Shown here: one piece after another, positions 14,060 through 64,000 of the stretch
Numbering within the stretch: the stretch's first letter is position 1
Layout of the letters: each line of letters starts with the position of its first letter
DNA from: Chrysomallon squamiferum
Taxonomy: Eukaryota > Animalia > Mollusca
Direction: 5' to 3'
NCBI GenBank assembly: GCA_012295275.1
Contig: CM022676.1
Location: 17,174,001 to 17,238,000, forward strand
DNA length: 64,000 nt
Notes under the pieces: generated by a model
What the model saw: the letters and a program-made list of their open reading frames with translations, nothing else
What the model was told of the DNA's origin: nothing
Databases searched by the model: none
Position numbers and translations under genes: made by a program

Positions 14060-15888
14060 GTATGAATTAAATATTTGATGTATAAAACGTAAAGCGATAG
14101 ATATAGACGTAGTTAAGTTGTTCAAAAGTTCTCACGGGAAGAAAAATATAATGACAAATAATATATCTCTCTCTGTTGACCTCTCCTTTGTTGTATGCAT
14201 ACAAAAACATTCATACATTCACACTTTCCATTATTGTAGAGCTGGCTTACGTCCAAACATTATATTCATAACAAAAAATTATAATGGATATATTTTGTAT
14301 ACCAGATTTTTATAACAGTAGTTACATGAACCATGCATATTTATTGTTAACGAACATTTGTGATGGTGTCTTTTAAATTATATTTAAAAGTATAGGTTTG
14401 CGTATTTACAGGGGGGAGTGTTTTGGGGAGGTGTAACACAATTCAGGAAGTTCTGGCTGGGGAGAATGGATTTCATCAGTCGTATTGTAAGACTCCGCGT
14501 GGTTCGGAATAAACACACTGTTGACTTCTCTCTCAGACAGAGGGTTAAATCTTCCCTTTCTCTGTGCTTTAAGAGACGAAACACAGCTGTCAGTTTTGAA
14601 ACTTGTCTGCTGCTACAGAAGTTCTTCATAAACCTTTTCTCCAGATTTCTGGAAACAAAGACGTTTATATTGGATATTATAAATGACATTACACGACATA
14701 ATTTTTGTTTTGTATATTTTATTTGTAGTGTGTGACAAGCGTTCGCGATACACCTTTCACACACTACACATAAACTAGACAAAACTAAATTTCTGTCGCG
14801 TAATGTCATATGTAATACCCAATATAAACGTTTTTGCTTTCAGAAAGAGAGATAAAAGATCTGTTAGCTTTTGATTGATAATAAAAGCTTCTTCTTTCAC
14901 AATACGAGGTAAGTTTCGTACAACTAGGACACAGAAAAGACTTCAAATCTTCCGTTCATAGAATTTTTATTCAGATTCGACCTCGAATACAAAACTCACT
15001 AAAAATAGCGGACAATACATGAAAATGCTTTGGAGAATCTAATAGTAATGTAGCACAAACACACGCAGGTGCGCATAATCGACTGCAGTAAAGGATATAT
15101 ATATGTTTATATATATATATATATATATATATAACCTATACAAAGGTAAATATCTATTATGGAGAGTTCTTGACCTGTAAATATATACACTGATAAAACA
15201 ATAAATGGCTGTAACAATTCTATATAAAATTTGATGTGTTTTAAACTATAGATTTTGTATTAACAATTTAATTTATACAAATCAAATTTAAACATTAATA
15301 TAATTTTAATTTATATACATATACATAGACACAAACACACACATATATATGTGTGGGTGTATGTCTATCGTTTTTATATATGTCTTTATGTATGTGAATA
15401 TACTCAGCCTGGCGATCACACCTGTAAATACTCAGAAACTTACACGCACACAATCACAATACATACAGTAAATATGTATCTATGTGCGTGTGTGTGCATT
15501 TGTAGATGTGACTGCGAAACTGACAAAACACGCACACACGCACACACCATGCCACACACACACTTTCCAAGCCAATACTTCAACTCTAAGCTCAATGTGC
15601 AAACCGAAAACATAGGAAATGTCTGCGGACGTCGGTGAAAACAGCAGAATCGAAGGAAAAATAGAAGCAACCGGAGAGTAAAAAATTGAAAGCTGATTTA
15701 GTTTGTCACACTGAACTCACTGTATCTTCACCGCCAATTAACGGAACTTTACAATTTAAAAACTGCCTTTAAAATTTCGTCATCGCGTACTTTCCTGTAA
15801 ATTGGTATTACTGAGGTCAAACAGAACTTTAAGTGTTAGCATATATCGGTAGTTAATGATAGCTTATTAACTGATGGTAATTTCAAGG

Positions 15889-15943
<55 letters not shown>

Positions 15944-16194
15944 TCCGTTAATAAAATATCTGTAGTTAATATACGTAATAGAAATGCATCTAACGAAACA
16001 AAGATTTAATATATAGTGTGTGGTTGAGTGGGAGTGCGTGTGTGTATGTGTGTATGTATGCATGTTTAGACACGCATATGTACATACATACGCATACATC
16101 CATCCGTTAATATTATAATCAAGGATAAAAAAAAATATGGTTTGTTGTTTTATTGTTCCAATGTGTTATTAACGAGTTTTAGTTACTTCACGAA

Positions 16195-16690
16195 ATAAAG
16201 TTGCCTATTTCTAATAATACATTTTTTCTTTAAAGTTACCACGTACAATTCTAATTTTTATTTAATGTTGCACTACATATTCCTAATAGGACATTTTTGT
16301 TTAAGTTTCACTGTATGTTTCTAAAAATAAGTTTTTGCTTAAAGTTAAACTGTACATTTTCTAATAATACGTATTTTTAAATTGATCCTTTATGTTTTGT
16401 AATAATACGAGTTTTGTTCAAAGTCATTCTGCTGGGTTTTTTTCTGGGGGGTTCTAATAATACGCTTTTGTTTAAAGTCTTAACCAATATTTTTAATAAT
16501 ACGTGTTTTATTTAAATTTATCCTGTATATTTTCTTATAATATTACATTAATATTAAATAACGTTTTTATTTAAAGTTATTTTGTATATTTTCTACTTAT
16601 ACGTTTTTGTTTAAACTTATCCTGTATATTTTCTAAAAGTACGTCCTTGTTTAAAGGTTCACTGCGTATTTCTAATAAAACGTTTATTTA
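16195..16690. repeat. Degenerate ~40-bp minisatellite, about 12 copies
   Basis: Recurring unit close to TTAAAGTTATCCTGTATATTTTCTAATAATACGTTTTTGT. Confidence 0.8.
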
Positions 16691-17809
16691 TCTTTTAAAT
16701 GATAAAGTTGTAAATTATTATGAAGAGAAATGTGTCATTCAGATATATGTGTAACATATAACTGATTATACCAAACTAATTGAGTATCACTGTATAGACC
16801 GGTTTTCACCAGTGATTTGACAGCTACAACATGTTACAGTTATGTTTACAGAAATGTTACGACTGTTTAAGGCTATAGTAAGTTCGAATGCAATTCAGTG
16901 TTTAGTTGATTGTTTTGACGTCCGCTAGATGAGGTAATATTTAAATAGCATCGACTTGAAGACGATAGCCATGCGAGAAGCATAACAGGATTAAGAAGGG
17001 CAGCACATTTTGTAAATTTGATTGTTGTGGAAATGTTTAGGACATATTGTTGTTACAGGCAAATGCATGTGACATGTCGTTACATAACTCTTGTAGTAAG
17101 TAAACAAAGGATATTTGTTATAATGCTCATCACTGAGTTTTTATTTTTATTTCATTGTATGCTATTTTATTTATTTTCAATTTTATTTTGCTATGACGAC
17201 AAACAATAAAACTATATGTTTGTTGCACCGCATTATGTTCGGTGCATAATAATCAAGTAACTTTTTCTTAAAATACTGCTTCTTATCTCTAGTATCTCAT
17301 CATCATTATAATTTACTGTCCTCAAGAAGATATCAAGTCCGAGATATCAACGCCACACATTTTTCGTACTAGACTTTGTTTAATGAGAATCTTACTAGAC
17401 ACACTTAATCACAATTCTATTAGATATACTTTAAGCAGAATCATAATAGACACAGTTAGTCAAAATTTTACTAGACTGTAGTTGTAGCACATAAACTATA
17501 CCAAGAAACACTGTATACTACATATATTGTCCTGATGTAAACATAACACGAGTATCGAACCCACATATATATATATATTTTTTTTTTTTAATGGCTCTAA
17601 AGACGTTCTTGTATGAAAAGAAAAATACATATTTAACTAGCTTTCGAGAATAATAAAGTTATATAATGGTGAATATGTGTTATAATTTTTTTCCTATATA
17701 TGCATATCTGAGTGTGTCCGTGTGTGTATGTGTGTGTGTGTATGTGTGATAAAAGTGAAAAAATAAGCTGTTTCAATGTTTTAAGTAAACACATTAATAA
17801 AGAGATGTA

Positions 17810-52222
<34,413 letters not shown>

Positions 52223-52499
52223 CTGAAATAATAACAGGTTTATATATTATCATTCAATTGTAATCGTACAATTTCTTGAGAATGAAATCAGTTTATACAG
52301 AAATATGATATGTTTAGTTTGCAAGGATATTTGTTAAAGGATAATACTGATGCCACCACATCTTCGGCGCTGTTATAGATACCAACAAGGAACATTTTTA
52401 TCATTAACTAGAATTTTAATTACAGTTTTTTGAAAGTAAACAAAATAACAACAACAACGAACATTTGCCAGAATTGTGAGGTGATTTGAAAAATTCTGA

Positions 52500-54934
52500 A
52501 GGCAGAAAATAGCGAAGACACCTGATCGAACAGTTTAAAAATCGATAAAATAACTGAAATTAATCATATTATTTAAACTGGAATATTTTCTTTTCATAAT
52601 TCGTCACTTTATAAAGATCGTTAACACAAAATCTGTTCTCGCATGTGTACGAACCGCAAATTTAAATTAACAGGGTGAATTAATTGTGCTAATTAAATAA
52701 ATCCATGAATCAATAATTACAAAAATCTGCATATATCTGTCAACTGTCGTTTACATTTTTATTTTTTATTATTAATTTTTTTACAGTAAAATTGATTATT
52801 TAATGTTTTCTTTCTCAATTCTCCTTACTAATTACGTTGATTGATGAAGATATTTTACTTAAGAAACCACATACAGAAGCGTACCTGTAATACATTCCTA
52901 GTCTATCTACTGTTCCTGAGGAACTGGAACATTTAATATTGTCCACAGTTTGATAGCTGAATGCTTAAATCGAAGATATATATAATGTATTATAAACCTC
53001 AAACGTCTATAGATATAGCAAGTAAATAAATCCAAATGTATAGAAAGAAAGATATTTCTTTTTAAAAAACTCTGCAGATAAGTTTGTCTCTGTCAAACGC
53101 AAATACTTTAATTTAGATGTTTATTCCTTTCTTGATATACGTAATACATTGATAGACGTAGTTTATTTTACATCAGAAAAGCTAATGAATCTAGCTGTGA
53201 ACATTGCAGAATTTTTCTAGATGTAACTATTTAATAATTCATAACCGTGAGTAAAATGTTTATGGTATTGAGTGTTTATCGCAGACTATACAAATAATAA
53301 AAAGTATTTTGTAACCAGACAGCTAATTAAATCCAACTATGCACGTTCTAGGATAATGTTTAGATGTGACTGACAATTAACAAAAAGTTGGACACTCAAA
53401 CATTAAATATATTAAAATGTAGCGACTGTTCGTTTATGCAAAACATAATATTGGTGTACACTTCTCAGCTTCGTACTTTGCGGTTTCGATGATTCTATGC
53501 ATACATACGATTATTGTAGATTAATGTTAATTACCTTGCAGCTACCTTTATTCATATTTTATGTGACAGATAGTTATAGCACACGTAAAGATAATTTTAA
53601 AATGTTCGTTTCTTTTTTTCAGATATTTCCATGTATACTTACTGGTGCTTGGACGATACTATGTGTTTTAGTTTGTTATGTCGCTGAGATAAAAATAGCC
53701 TGTCTGTTGTGCAAGAGATAGAGTGAGGTATACCCGGGTATTATTTATGACGATGCGAAACATTCACTGTTAATACAATCGAAACATTCTTACAGAAAAG
53801 AATTATATTTATATACATGAAAGTTCTATCGTCTGTGATCTGATTGCAATTTAATACCTCGTTTTCTCTCAGTATAAAGATGAATTTTGTAACAAATGAA
53901 AGTTTCTTATTTAGCAGTACTAATTCATTACTGCTACCGCAACATCTAGATAGATTCCAGCAGTTCATTACAAAGTTTTTGCCGTGATGTACTTCAACGA
54001 ACACTGTCACAAATAAACTAAGTTACAGAGCACAGTGTGGCAAATCATAAGTAACAGGAATGTATCCTTCCACTGAAGCCAGAAAAAAAAAAAAAAAAAA
54101 CATGTCACAAACATTACAAAATGGAGATAATCAAGAAAATACAAACGTGGCAGAGGGTCAAAAAGACCACATTAAAAGGAAACACAAAATAAACAAAAAA
54201 TTCGAAAGCCTTCTAAAAGCAACAACAGCAACAACCATATCTATATGACCTATAATGATATCTTCATTCATTAGATAAATATGACAGTAAAAATGTACGG
54301 AGTTATTTATTTATCGAGTATTTCCGAAATGCATTTGACATTACAAAAGAGACCAAACTAAACTGTTAGGAAATCTATTTAAAATACAAAGTCATTCAAC
54401 TTAAAACTTATATGAAGACGGAATTGTAAAGAAAGAATCAAAAGAATGATGTTGATATAAATTTTAAATTATATATATTAAACACATAGCTTACACAGTT
54501 AAAAACACAGATTGCATTGTATGATTACCATATCAAGACAAATGAGAATGAAATATTACAAAATCTCAGAGGCAAACTTTTATTACTTATGATCAAAGTC
54601 TCAGTGATTCTCCGCAGAGATCTCCGTGAAGAAAAAAAGTAGCCACGAGTTGTGCTAGCACCCATTTGTCTCGCCAAAGATTTTGTCTGTTGTTGTTTTG
54701 TTGTTGTTGTTGTTGTTTTTTTTGTTTTTTTTTTCTTTTTTTATATTTTGTTTTGTTTTTTGTCTTGTTTTTCTTTTCTCATTTTTTCCCCCTGACACAT
54801 ACTTTTTTCTTGCTATCCGTATGTATTATATTCCCAAGAACTTTAGTGAAAATCGCTGAATTAGTTATACCTGCTACACAAAGTTTGATGTTATATTTCT
54901 GTTTTACCCGTTATCAATAATAATAATAATAATA

Positions 54935-54966
<32 letters not shown>

Positions 54967-57900
54967 TCATAAAGACAGTCTTTAATTGCTCATGATATCG
55001 TTTTGTTTCTACATTGTCATCTGCAAGCTGATTTCGTTCTCATGTCGTGCATCCAGTTGTTGTGGAAGAAGTGTCATTCTGTTTGCACGATTTTCTGTTA
55101 CAAAAGTGATTAGTGATTTGTCACAGTGACTGTCAGTTGTACAATCCAATTCTGAATTATCCCAAATAGATCTGATGTATAACAGCATACATGTTTAGTG
55201 TAGTTGAACCAGAGTAAACACAATAATCCATAATTTAGTGTTCCTTATTTACCTCTTAGTTATCAGCCTATGCTTAACATGATAAGGTGCACAGTTTACT
55301 CAAAGGCCTACACGACTCTAAACAGTGATATCTAATTATGAGTGCCATCTTAGTTTCTCTTCTTTTCATTATTTTTTGTTGTTGCTGTTTTTGTCTTTTT
55401 TCTCATATTCTTGGGGAAGATATAGACCATTAGATTCTTTATCTTTAAAAACGTATAAAACGACCTTTCATTCATGTTTCTCTCAGATCTAGTGACCAAG
55501 TTATAAAAAAAAATAGATTCGTTGGTGGTCATCTTGGATTTCGCGTCGTAACACAAATTGCTCAAGTGTGAGATGATGTTGTCAGGCGGTTTCTGAATAG
55601 GTACTAAACATCAGTTATAAACACACGCACACACACAAACACACACACACACTCACACACACACAAACACACTCACACACACACACTCATAAAAAAATTA
55701 AAAAATCACTTTTGACAGCAAAACGAGGTAGCATGTTACTTCTGCTGGATTACTTTTTGTTGTTGACAAACATTGTCTGCAAGTGGAAACGTGACACAAG
55801 TCATTTATCTTGCAAGTCACGGTTCTTCGCATCACAGAGATGAAGGTCAGACAAAAATGACAGAGAAACAGTGCTACTGGTTACCAAGAAGTACAAATAT
55901 TTATTAAATTTATTTAATTCTACAGGTATCGTTTGTATTTTCTTTTTAATATTTATTATTATTATTATCATTATTTATTGTTATTATTAGTAGTAGTAGT
56001 AGTATTAGTACTAGTATTAGTATTAGTATTATTACTATTATTTATTACTCTTTGGCTGTGTAACTTAAGGTGTACAGTCTTAAACCAGTAAAAGAAAAAT
56101 AAATGTACAACTAGAGCAGTATAAGTGACAATCTCAACAATAAATAGCAAAGAAGGCTTCAACTTAGAATGAAATATGATTGAATTCCATTACAGTCAAA
56201 TTCCCCAACAAAAGTAAAAATAAAATTTTAACTTCACCATATTAGGTTTTAGAAGTATTACAACCATGCAGTAAAATTACATAAACTCTATTCAAGAATA
56301 GTGTAACCTCATACATTTGTTTATATTAAATCACTAAAACTGTCAAAAATGAACATTTTCAGGTCAGCATTTTGACTTTGAGTGTATTGTAAAATTGAAC
56401 TCCAAAGATTATAGATTCTGGAACTTTAATATCTTGATGTCATTTCAAGGTGTCATGAGTAATAAAGTCAAATTCAAGATCATCCAACAATTTATAAGGT
56501 TCTAAAATGTTGTTGTATATGGTAAGGAATTCCTATCAAATTAGCTTTCCAACGAAAATGTTTCGTTCAAATCTTCTCACTGATCAACTAGATATCAGGG
56601 TTTGAAAAGTAGCTGCCACGCTCATTTGTGGCAAAAAGTGTCAAAATTCGAGGTCTAATAATATTAAGTACATATTTTAACATTTCACCAAATTTTATCA
56701 GTGAACTGTTTCTTGACGCTGTTTTAACTATTATTCAATTCACGATCTTCATTGTCGTCTCGTTGATTCCGTGATTTAAAGAAAATGAACAACAATACAA
56801 AGAAATTCAAACAATGCTATTCTTGGAATTGTGCTACGACTTGCTCTTCTAAAGAAATATAGTCGCATGAATATTAGATGTATTCCAGAATTTACTGTAT
56901 ATATTTGATTTTATTATTATTATTATTATTGTTATTATTATTATTAGTAGTAGTAGTAGTAGTAGTGGTAGTAGTAGTATTAGTATCAGTATCATTCAGT
57001 ATTCTGTATGTCACTCTTAATAACTACATACATAAAAAATAAAATGACATATCTGAAAGAAGTAAATAAATCTAAATACATGCAAAGAAAGACATCTCTT
57101 ATTTTAAAACTAAACACATCAATTTGCCTCTATCAAACACAGTTACTTTGATTTAGACTCCGATTCCTATATTTATAGACATAATATGTTGGCTAAGTTT
57201 AATTTTGTAATCAGACAGCTAACTGAATCCAAATATGCATATTGTAGGATTATTTTAGATACAACTGTTTCACAATTCAAAGTGGGATATATAGAGGACA
57301 TAACAAATGTTAGTTGCATCGATTGTTTGTCGCAGTCTAAGTAAGTACTAGCTAAGTTAATCAACTGTCCGCATGGTTGACAATTAAGTAAAGTGTAGCC
57401 AGACATTAAGTATATTAAAATGTATCAACTGTTCGTCTATGCTATATTTTTGAAGGTTCGTTTGTAAGTGAATAAAATAGGGACTGATGATAATATTAGT
57501 TATTTTCTTGTTTTCGTGTGGATATTGGTTCGTTTCGTACTTTAAGATATTGATGATTCTGTATAGGAAACATGACCAAATTACGACAGTTTTTAGCATT
57601 TTAACTTCTAATTCAAATACAAATCGGAAAACAAGTCCTCATTGTTGTCCAAAACAATTTTTCATTATTTAACATAATTAATAATATTTGAAGTATCCCG
57701 ATTTGTTATAGTCTTTCGGTTATTATTGGTTTAAGATAGATTCTCAAACTGCCCCGGACTGCGGCAAAGGATAATAAACAAGATACATGCTCTGAAATAA
57801 GAAAACAAGTTATACGTATTTTTCTTAATTTCTAAATATCACTTTTATTTATTTATTTATGTGTATATATATTTATGTATCTAATGTTTTATTTATTTAT

Positions 57901-58550
57901 TCATTCATTTACATATTTTATTTTCCTTTATTTTATTTAATTTTTCCCCACTTACAAAGGTAACCAAATAATAATAAAATAAAATATAATAAAATAATAT
58001 ATAGATACACTCAGACGGAAATAAATGTAAAAGATAAAGGCCTTAGCAACGTTTGGTCAGTTTTGAGACAGCTTGAAATAATGCATTATACGTAAAATAA
58101 ATACACTCAAATAAGTAAAAAACAAGAGAGTACAACCAAAGCCAGACTTCCAGCCTGTAATAAGAGAAAAGTTGACGATTTGTAGTTGGAAATTTCTTCT
58201 TATTTTGTTCAGCAAGCTGGGAGGCCATTTTTCTTAGCATCTTATGACTGAATAGGCGACGTTGTGAGTGTATATTCACGTTGTTTCCCCTCCCCATGCC
58301 TCTGTGATAATGTACCCATGCATTACAGTTTTGTGGAAAAGATTTTAACACTATGACGTCGGCGGCAGGTCTGGTTAATCAAAAATAATAAGAACTCAAA
58401 ATAAGGAAAGTAACAGTAACAGCTCAATAACAATAACTCTGATAAAGACAACATCAACAACAACAATACAACAACAACTACTACTACTACTACTGCTAAT
58501 ACTATTATTACTACTACTACAACTACTACTGCTGCTGCTAATACTACTAT

Positions 58551-58584
<34 letters not shown>

Positions 58585-59049
58585 GCTAATACTACTATTA
58601 CTACTAATACTACTACTACTACTAGACTACTACTAATAATAATAATAACAAGATGAAGAAAAAGAAGCAGGAGGACGAGAAGGAGGAAACAACAACAACA
58701 ACGATGATGATGATAATAATAATAATAAAAAGAACAACAACAGCAGCAACAACAACAATACAGATAATCAGATACATTTAAATCTTTGAGAGTTAACTTC
58801 TTCATCTTCTTCATCTTCTTCCTCTTTCTCAGTTACTATTACACAGGACTGAACAACGTTTATCAACACACCAGTGAAACATGCGCTATGAAAATTGTGT
58901 GAAGCACATTCACACGAAATTAAAATTGTGAGCAGAGACGGAGGTAAAACATATTTCAGAAAATTAAATAGCAAATCATTGCTCTTAGGTTTCCCTTTGT
59001 TTACCGTGAACGTCAATTAATAATATTAATAATAATAGTAGTAGTAGTA

Positions 59050-59109
<60 letters not shown>

Positions 59110-60284
59110 GTAGTAGTAGTAGTAATACTAATAATAATATAGATAACAAAATTTCAAATGAGAAATTTTTGCTTGAGGTGTTTCTATATCAGCACCAAGG
59201 ACCACCACCATAATAACAATATTTAAAAAAGAAAATAATAATAGTAAATATGTCATATAATTATAATCTCTTTAAACAGTTTTATTGTGGTTGAACTCTT
59301 TCCAAATGACAATTTTTTTCCCCCTGTTTAATAATCGCGTTAACAAAAACATCATCTGCTCCTAAAAACGTGATTGAAGTCACATATCTTACAAGTTTCA
59401 GTTCTCCGGTCCATAGGTGTCAAAGTCAAGTAAAAAATATAAAGAAACCGTACCACTTTAAACCTACTCATATTGCTTATTTGTTTGATGCTATCTTGTA
59501 TTTTGTAAATGTTAAAATGTCATTTACTGTGTGGCGGTGTGATATAATATGTACAGACAGACACCAGTAAGAAAGATACAGCTAGAGGATCACATGTATT
59601 ACTCTCAAGAATAAACAACAAGAACTCAGCGCCAGAAAAAAAACAAAAAACCTATAACTTCATACTCTTAGTTTTTACCCTTATTACAGCCTTGTTCATT
59701 TCTTTATTTAATCTGAAAATGTGTATTGTGTGGTCAGAATGCCCATTTTAATTGTATTTTACAATTAAACTCCAAATATTACATCTTGCGTTGTAAATAA
59801 CACACTGAACTTTAATTCTCACTTCATTTCAAGGTCAAACAAAAGGTGAACATATTCCAAAATGTAGTTGCACGTCTTAGTGGCACATTTGGAATCCTTA
59901 CCAAATTATCTTTCCAACAAAACATTTTCATACCCATTAATCAATCTGAAAATAATGGCAAATATGCACATTTGTGCCAAAATCTCAAAATTCGAGAGTG
60001 AACAATATTAAGCCTCTGATATTCGAGAGCGAATAGTATTGTGTCTGTGCTATCAATATCATCTAATATACAAACTTTCTGCAGTGAATCATTTGTCCAT
60101 GCAGACTTAGCCATTATTCAATTCACGATCATTATAATTCCATGCCTTACTGATTCACAATTTTAAATAAAGTACATTCAAAGAAGCAGCTATTCTTGGC
60201 GTTTTGCTATGATTTATTTTATTAAAACAAATATAATTGTCGGTACACTATTAAATTTAATCTAGAACTTACTCTGTGTGCGTC

Positions 60285-60328
<44 letters not shown>

Positions 60329-60338
60329 GTTGTTGTTG

Positions 60339-60378
<40 letters not shown>

Positions 60379-63300
60379 TACTACTACTACTACTGCTACT
60401 ACTATTATTTATTTCATTATTAATAACAATATACATAAAAATAATATGACATACCTGAAATGACTGTAGGTATAAAAAGTAAAACAATCCATATATTTGA
60501 AAAGAAAAACATTTCTTAATTAAGAACTGTCTACATCAGTCTGTCTGCATCAAACACGACTACTTTAATTCAGATGCTTATTGCTAGCTTTATATACATT
60601 GCACGTTGACTGACGCAGTTTATTTGGTAATCATACACCTGTTTGTTACTAGTAGCTGAACTGTAACGTTTGACAGATGAGATAAATTTAAAAAAAAAAG
60701 AATATAAAAGTGACATTGTCAAGAATAGCGAAGGGAACCTATCTTTGTGGTAGTCTGTCTACCGGTCTCTCTATTCATCTTGATATGTCTATCTGTCTGT
60801 CTGTCTGTCTATTCATATGTGTGTCTGTCTCTATATCTACCTATGTATATTTATTTACTCAAAGTCGTTTGTCATTATGTATACTTCAGATACTTTGATA
60901 CTTGTGTGAAAGTGTCTAAATTCGATTGCACAGATACGAAATTATGAACAGATACGAAATACATTCGTCATTTCTGTTATATAGTTGACAAAGTTTCAAA
61001 TATTTTTAAGACACAGTTTCATGTTTTCTGACAACGTGATATTTTTCAGGTACAGTGATCTGTGATATTCTATCCCTTGTAAAGTTCATGTTTTAGTTTG
61101 ATTGCTACTAATACAAATATTGCAAGGGTTTTGTCCTTTCGGGATCGCTGTTCATAATTTTGTGGTAGAAATCCGTAAGTCAAAAATGTCTTCACTTCTG
61201 TCTTAAGCATTCAGTATTTTACCAATAATTATTCCGTATATTCTCTTTGTTCGTTCCCTAGTCTATATCGAATAAAAATCAGTTTCCTCAAGAAATAAAA
61301 TTAACGAATCGTGAGCTGCACAGTGTGATAATCAACTCTTTCCTAGTGACGCTAACTTTATTTATAATGGGAATTACAAAGCTACGGAAATAATAATTAT
61401 TTACTGGCAAATCCTTGGTCACTTTCGAATCAGTTTGAAAGTTTGTAAATGTTTTGTTAAGACATCAGATCAGCATCATGATCTTGATTTTGTTTTGGAA
61501 TGCATTTATCATCCCAGCAGTTCACCATATTCTATTTATTTTATGTCAGCGGAATAAGTGTAACATGAGTCACACGAAATTATGTAACAGTATTTTACAA
61601 ATGCTTTGTTTCCAGTCTAAATTGTAACTGCTTGTGTTTGTAACTAAAGATTTCAGACAATTTTGAAATAAGGTTAGTTCGTTTTTCGCATGCCCTTTTT
61701 GTGTAACGTACTTCATGCACATATTTATTATTAACCATCTTTTTACAAACGGGAAGAGGTGAACATAACAATTTAATACTTAATATCGTCGATTAAACTC
61801 TTAAACGTTTCTCTGCAGTAATTCAGGTCATAGAAAACAAACGTTCTTAACGCAGAAAATAGAAAACACACATCATCGAACGTCGCACTTGTAAACCAGG
61901 AAGTGTTGTCATCCGACCAGTAAAAAAATATTTAAAAGAGAAGATTTTTTTAAGCGATGTGAAAATTAATGAAATTAGTAGTATTATTTAAACTCAAACC
62001 TTTCGTTTTCATAATTCGTTAATTTATAACGATCGTTCAAACAAAAAATTATCTCGCATACATACGGCCTGCAAACTTAAATTAAAAGGGTGAATAAATC
62101 ATACTAATTAAATAAATACATTAATCAATAATTTAAAAATCGTATTAATCAACATATATCTCTCGCTTAGGATATATCGGCATACAGACTGCTGAAAACA
62201 CTTTCTTTTACTTTTCTTTATTCAATTTTATTTTTATTTATTTTTAAATCATATTATTTTCATCACATTTTTTTTCATTTTGTTCAATTTCTTTTTGTTC
62301 ATCTTTTTGTTCTACAGTTAAGTGAATTATTTAAAGTTTTCTCTCTCAGTTCACGTTAATAATTACGTTCATTGCTGATTGCACTTTATTTAAACAACCG
62401 CATACACAAGTCTGCCTATTATGCATTCCTGGTGCCATCTACTGTTCCTTCAGGAATTGAAACTTTATATTTAGACTAATTTGTTCGCTAAATTCTGTCT
62501 GCTTGATGGGCAAATCGAGAATGTTTGTAATTTATATTAAAATAAATATTATCGACTATAGATATAACAAATTAAATTTTAAAGAAAGATAAAAAATAAG
62601 AAATCGTACTTAGAAACGGAAGAGATAAGTTTGTCTCTGTCAAACGCAAATAGTTTAATTTAGATGCTGATTCCTATCATTATATTCATAACATGTTGAC
62701 TAAATTTAAAATTGTAATCGGAAAGCTAACTTAATCCATCTGTGCACATTGTGGGATTATTCTAGATGTAACTGTTTCACAATTCGTAAAACAGACGTTT
62801 GACATATTAAAATGCATGAACTGTTCGTTCATGATAAACAACTAATACGGGTGTATACTTGTGTAAAACATTTTTGAAGTTTCTTTAAATACTGAGCAAA
62901 AGTGATATTTTAAATGTTTGTTATATTTTACAGGGAAATATTCATTTAGTACTTAAAGGTTTCAGTGATGTGTACAGATATGACTACTGGAGATTAACGT
63001 TAATTATTTGCAGGTTCGTCTTTTTTCTTGTTTTATGTTTCAGAACATTGCGTAAAAATAATCTTAAAATATAGTTTTTGTTTTTCAAACATATCATAGA
63101 GTTCAGACGATATTCACATGACGTGCATAGGAAGATAAGAGAACAAATCAGTGGTTGTTTGTTATGTACACGACACACACAAACGTGTATCCGGGTGTTA
63201 TTTACGACGATCTGAACAGTTTGTTTGGTAACCGCAGACCTGTTTCAAAGCTTTTAGCAGATAAAATGGATCGTATGACATGTGAAATAAAACGTACTGT

Positions 63301-63740
63301 TATTAAGAATAGTGAAGAAAAATATTCGTTATGGTCTGTCTGTTTACTTTAGCTAACTCTATTTACTTGTCTCTCTGTCTGTTTGTGTATTCAAGAGTTT
63401 GACGTTACATATACTTCAAAAACGCAAGCTAAAATATCCGTGGATACATATGTGTCTAAACGTGATTGCAGAGAGTTTGCATGTGTGCGTTTGTGGCTAA
63501 TTCTGTCAACAATGATTTGTATATTTGGGTGTTTAGTTAAAGATATTTTGATCAGAACATCTACACTGATTCAGTTATTTCGATAAATTCTTCAGCGAAT
63601 GAATATCTTTAGCGTTTTCAATATAGTACATGGAGAAATTACTAGATCGGTACTAGTAAAAAATCACATTGTATGTGATTTTTCAACGCAGGCATATTCT
63701 GAAGCTGTTATGAACATTCGTTAAACATTAAACAATGAAA
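52500..63740. repeat. Non-coding segmental-duplication mosaic upstream of gene 1 (probable first intron or 5' flank)
   Basis: Same modules as 4130-12960; landmark TCAAAC(A/G)CA...TTT.ATT(T/C)AGA recurs near 53095, 57133, 60550, 62640 and 5386, 7809, 11935. Confidence 0.8.
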
Positions 63741-64000
63741 TCCCTTTTAGTATAATCCTATATGTTGACTTATAATGAAAAAATATATTTCTAAATGATT
63801 ATTGTATTTATGAATGGATATGAAATATATCTAGAAATTCTTCATCCCTACAGTATAGTTCAGATTTTTTTATTTCATTTTTTCATAACACTTTCATTTG
63901 TTTTCTGACAAGGTGATGCTCTTTCACTTCTAAAGCTCATGCTACAGATTGACTGCTACTAATAAACATGTAACAGTTATTGTGTGACTTCGGGATTCCT

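Noticed and set aside
14844-14908. Splice-bounded + strand segment reading KRDKRSVSF, like a convertase prodomain cleavage site
   Set aside because: Immediate stop, wrong order relative to the catalytic-His exon, and too short to exceed chance
58323-58814. Long low-complexity ORFs (also 9791-10084, 31585-32178, 33696-33962, 36842-37057, 51831-52058)
   Set aside because: Translations of AAT/AGT microsatellites; no domain signal

Overview
AT-rich, microsatellite-rich metazoan genomic DNA; an invertebrate, probably a mollusc, is inferred from protein style only. The window is dominated by a minus-strand multi-exon gene (17810-52222; signal-peptide exon not found) that I spliced by hand into about 1755 aa without stops: 13 group-A SRCR domains, 2 Ig-like domains, 1 FN3, a TM helix and a short tail with two YxxL motifs. 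Every SRCR is split into a 145-nt phase 1-2 exon and a 176-nt (last one 170-nt) phase 2-1 exon. The domains form a higher-order array (1-2-3)X(1-2-3)Y(1-2-3)X(1-2-3)Y-4. The introns carry two antisense copies of an SRCR exon, four partial exon relics, an inverted pair of Ty3/gypsy LTR/PBS fragments and a 206-bp perfectly identical tract. A tandem paralog starts at about 2359, has a frameshift in its first SRCR exon and runs off the left edge. An orphan proprotein-convertase exon lies on the + strand at 13964-14059. The upstream regions of the two paralogs (about 2.4-13 kb and 52.2-64 kb) are rearranged paralogous mosaics. All splice models come from GT-AG sites and reading phase only, with no transcript evidence.
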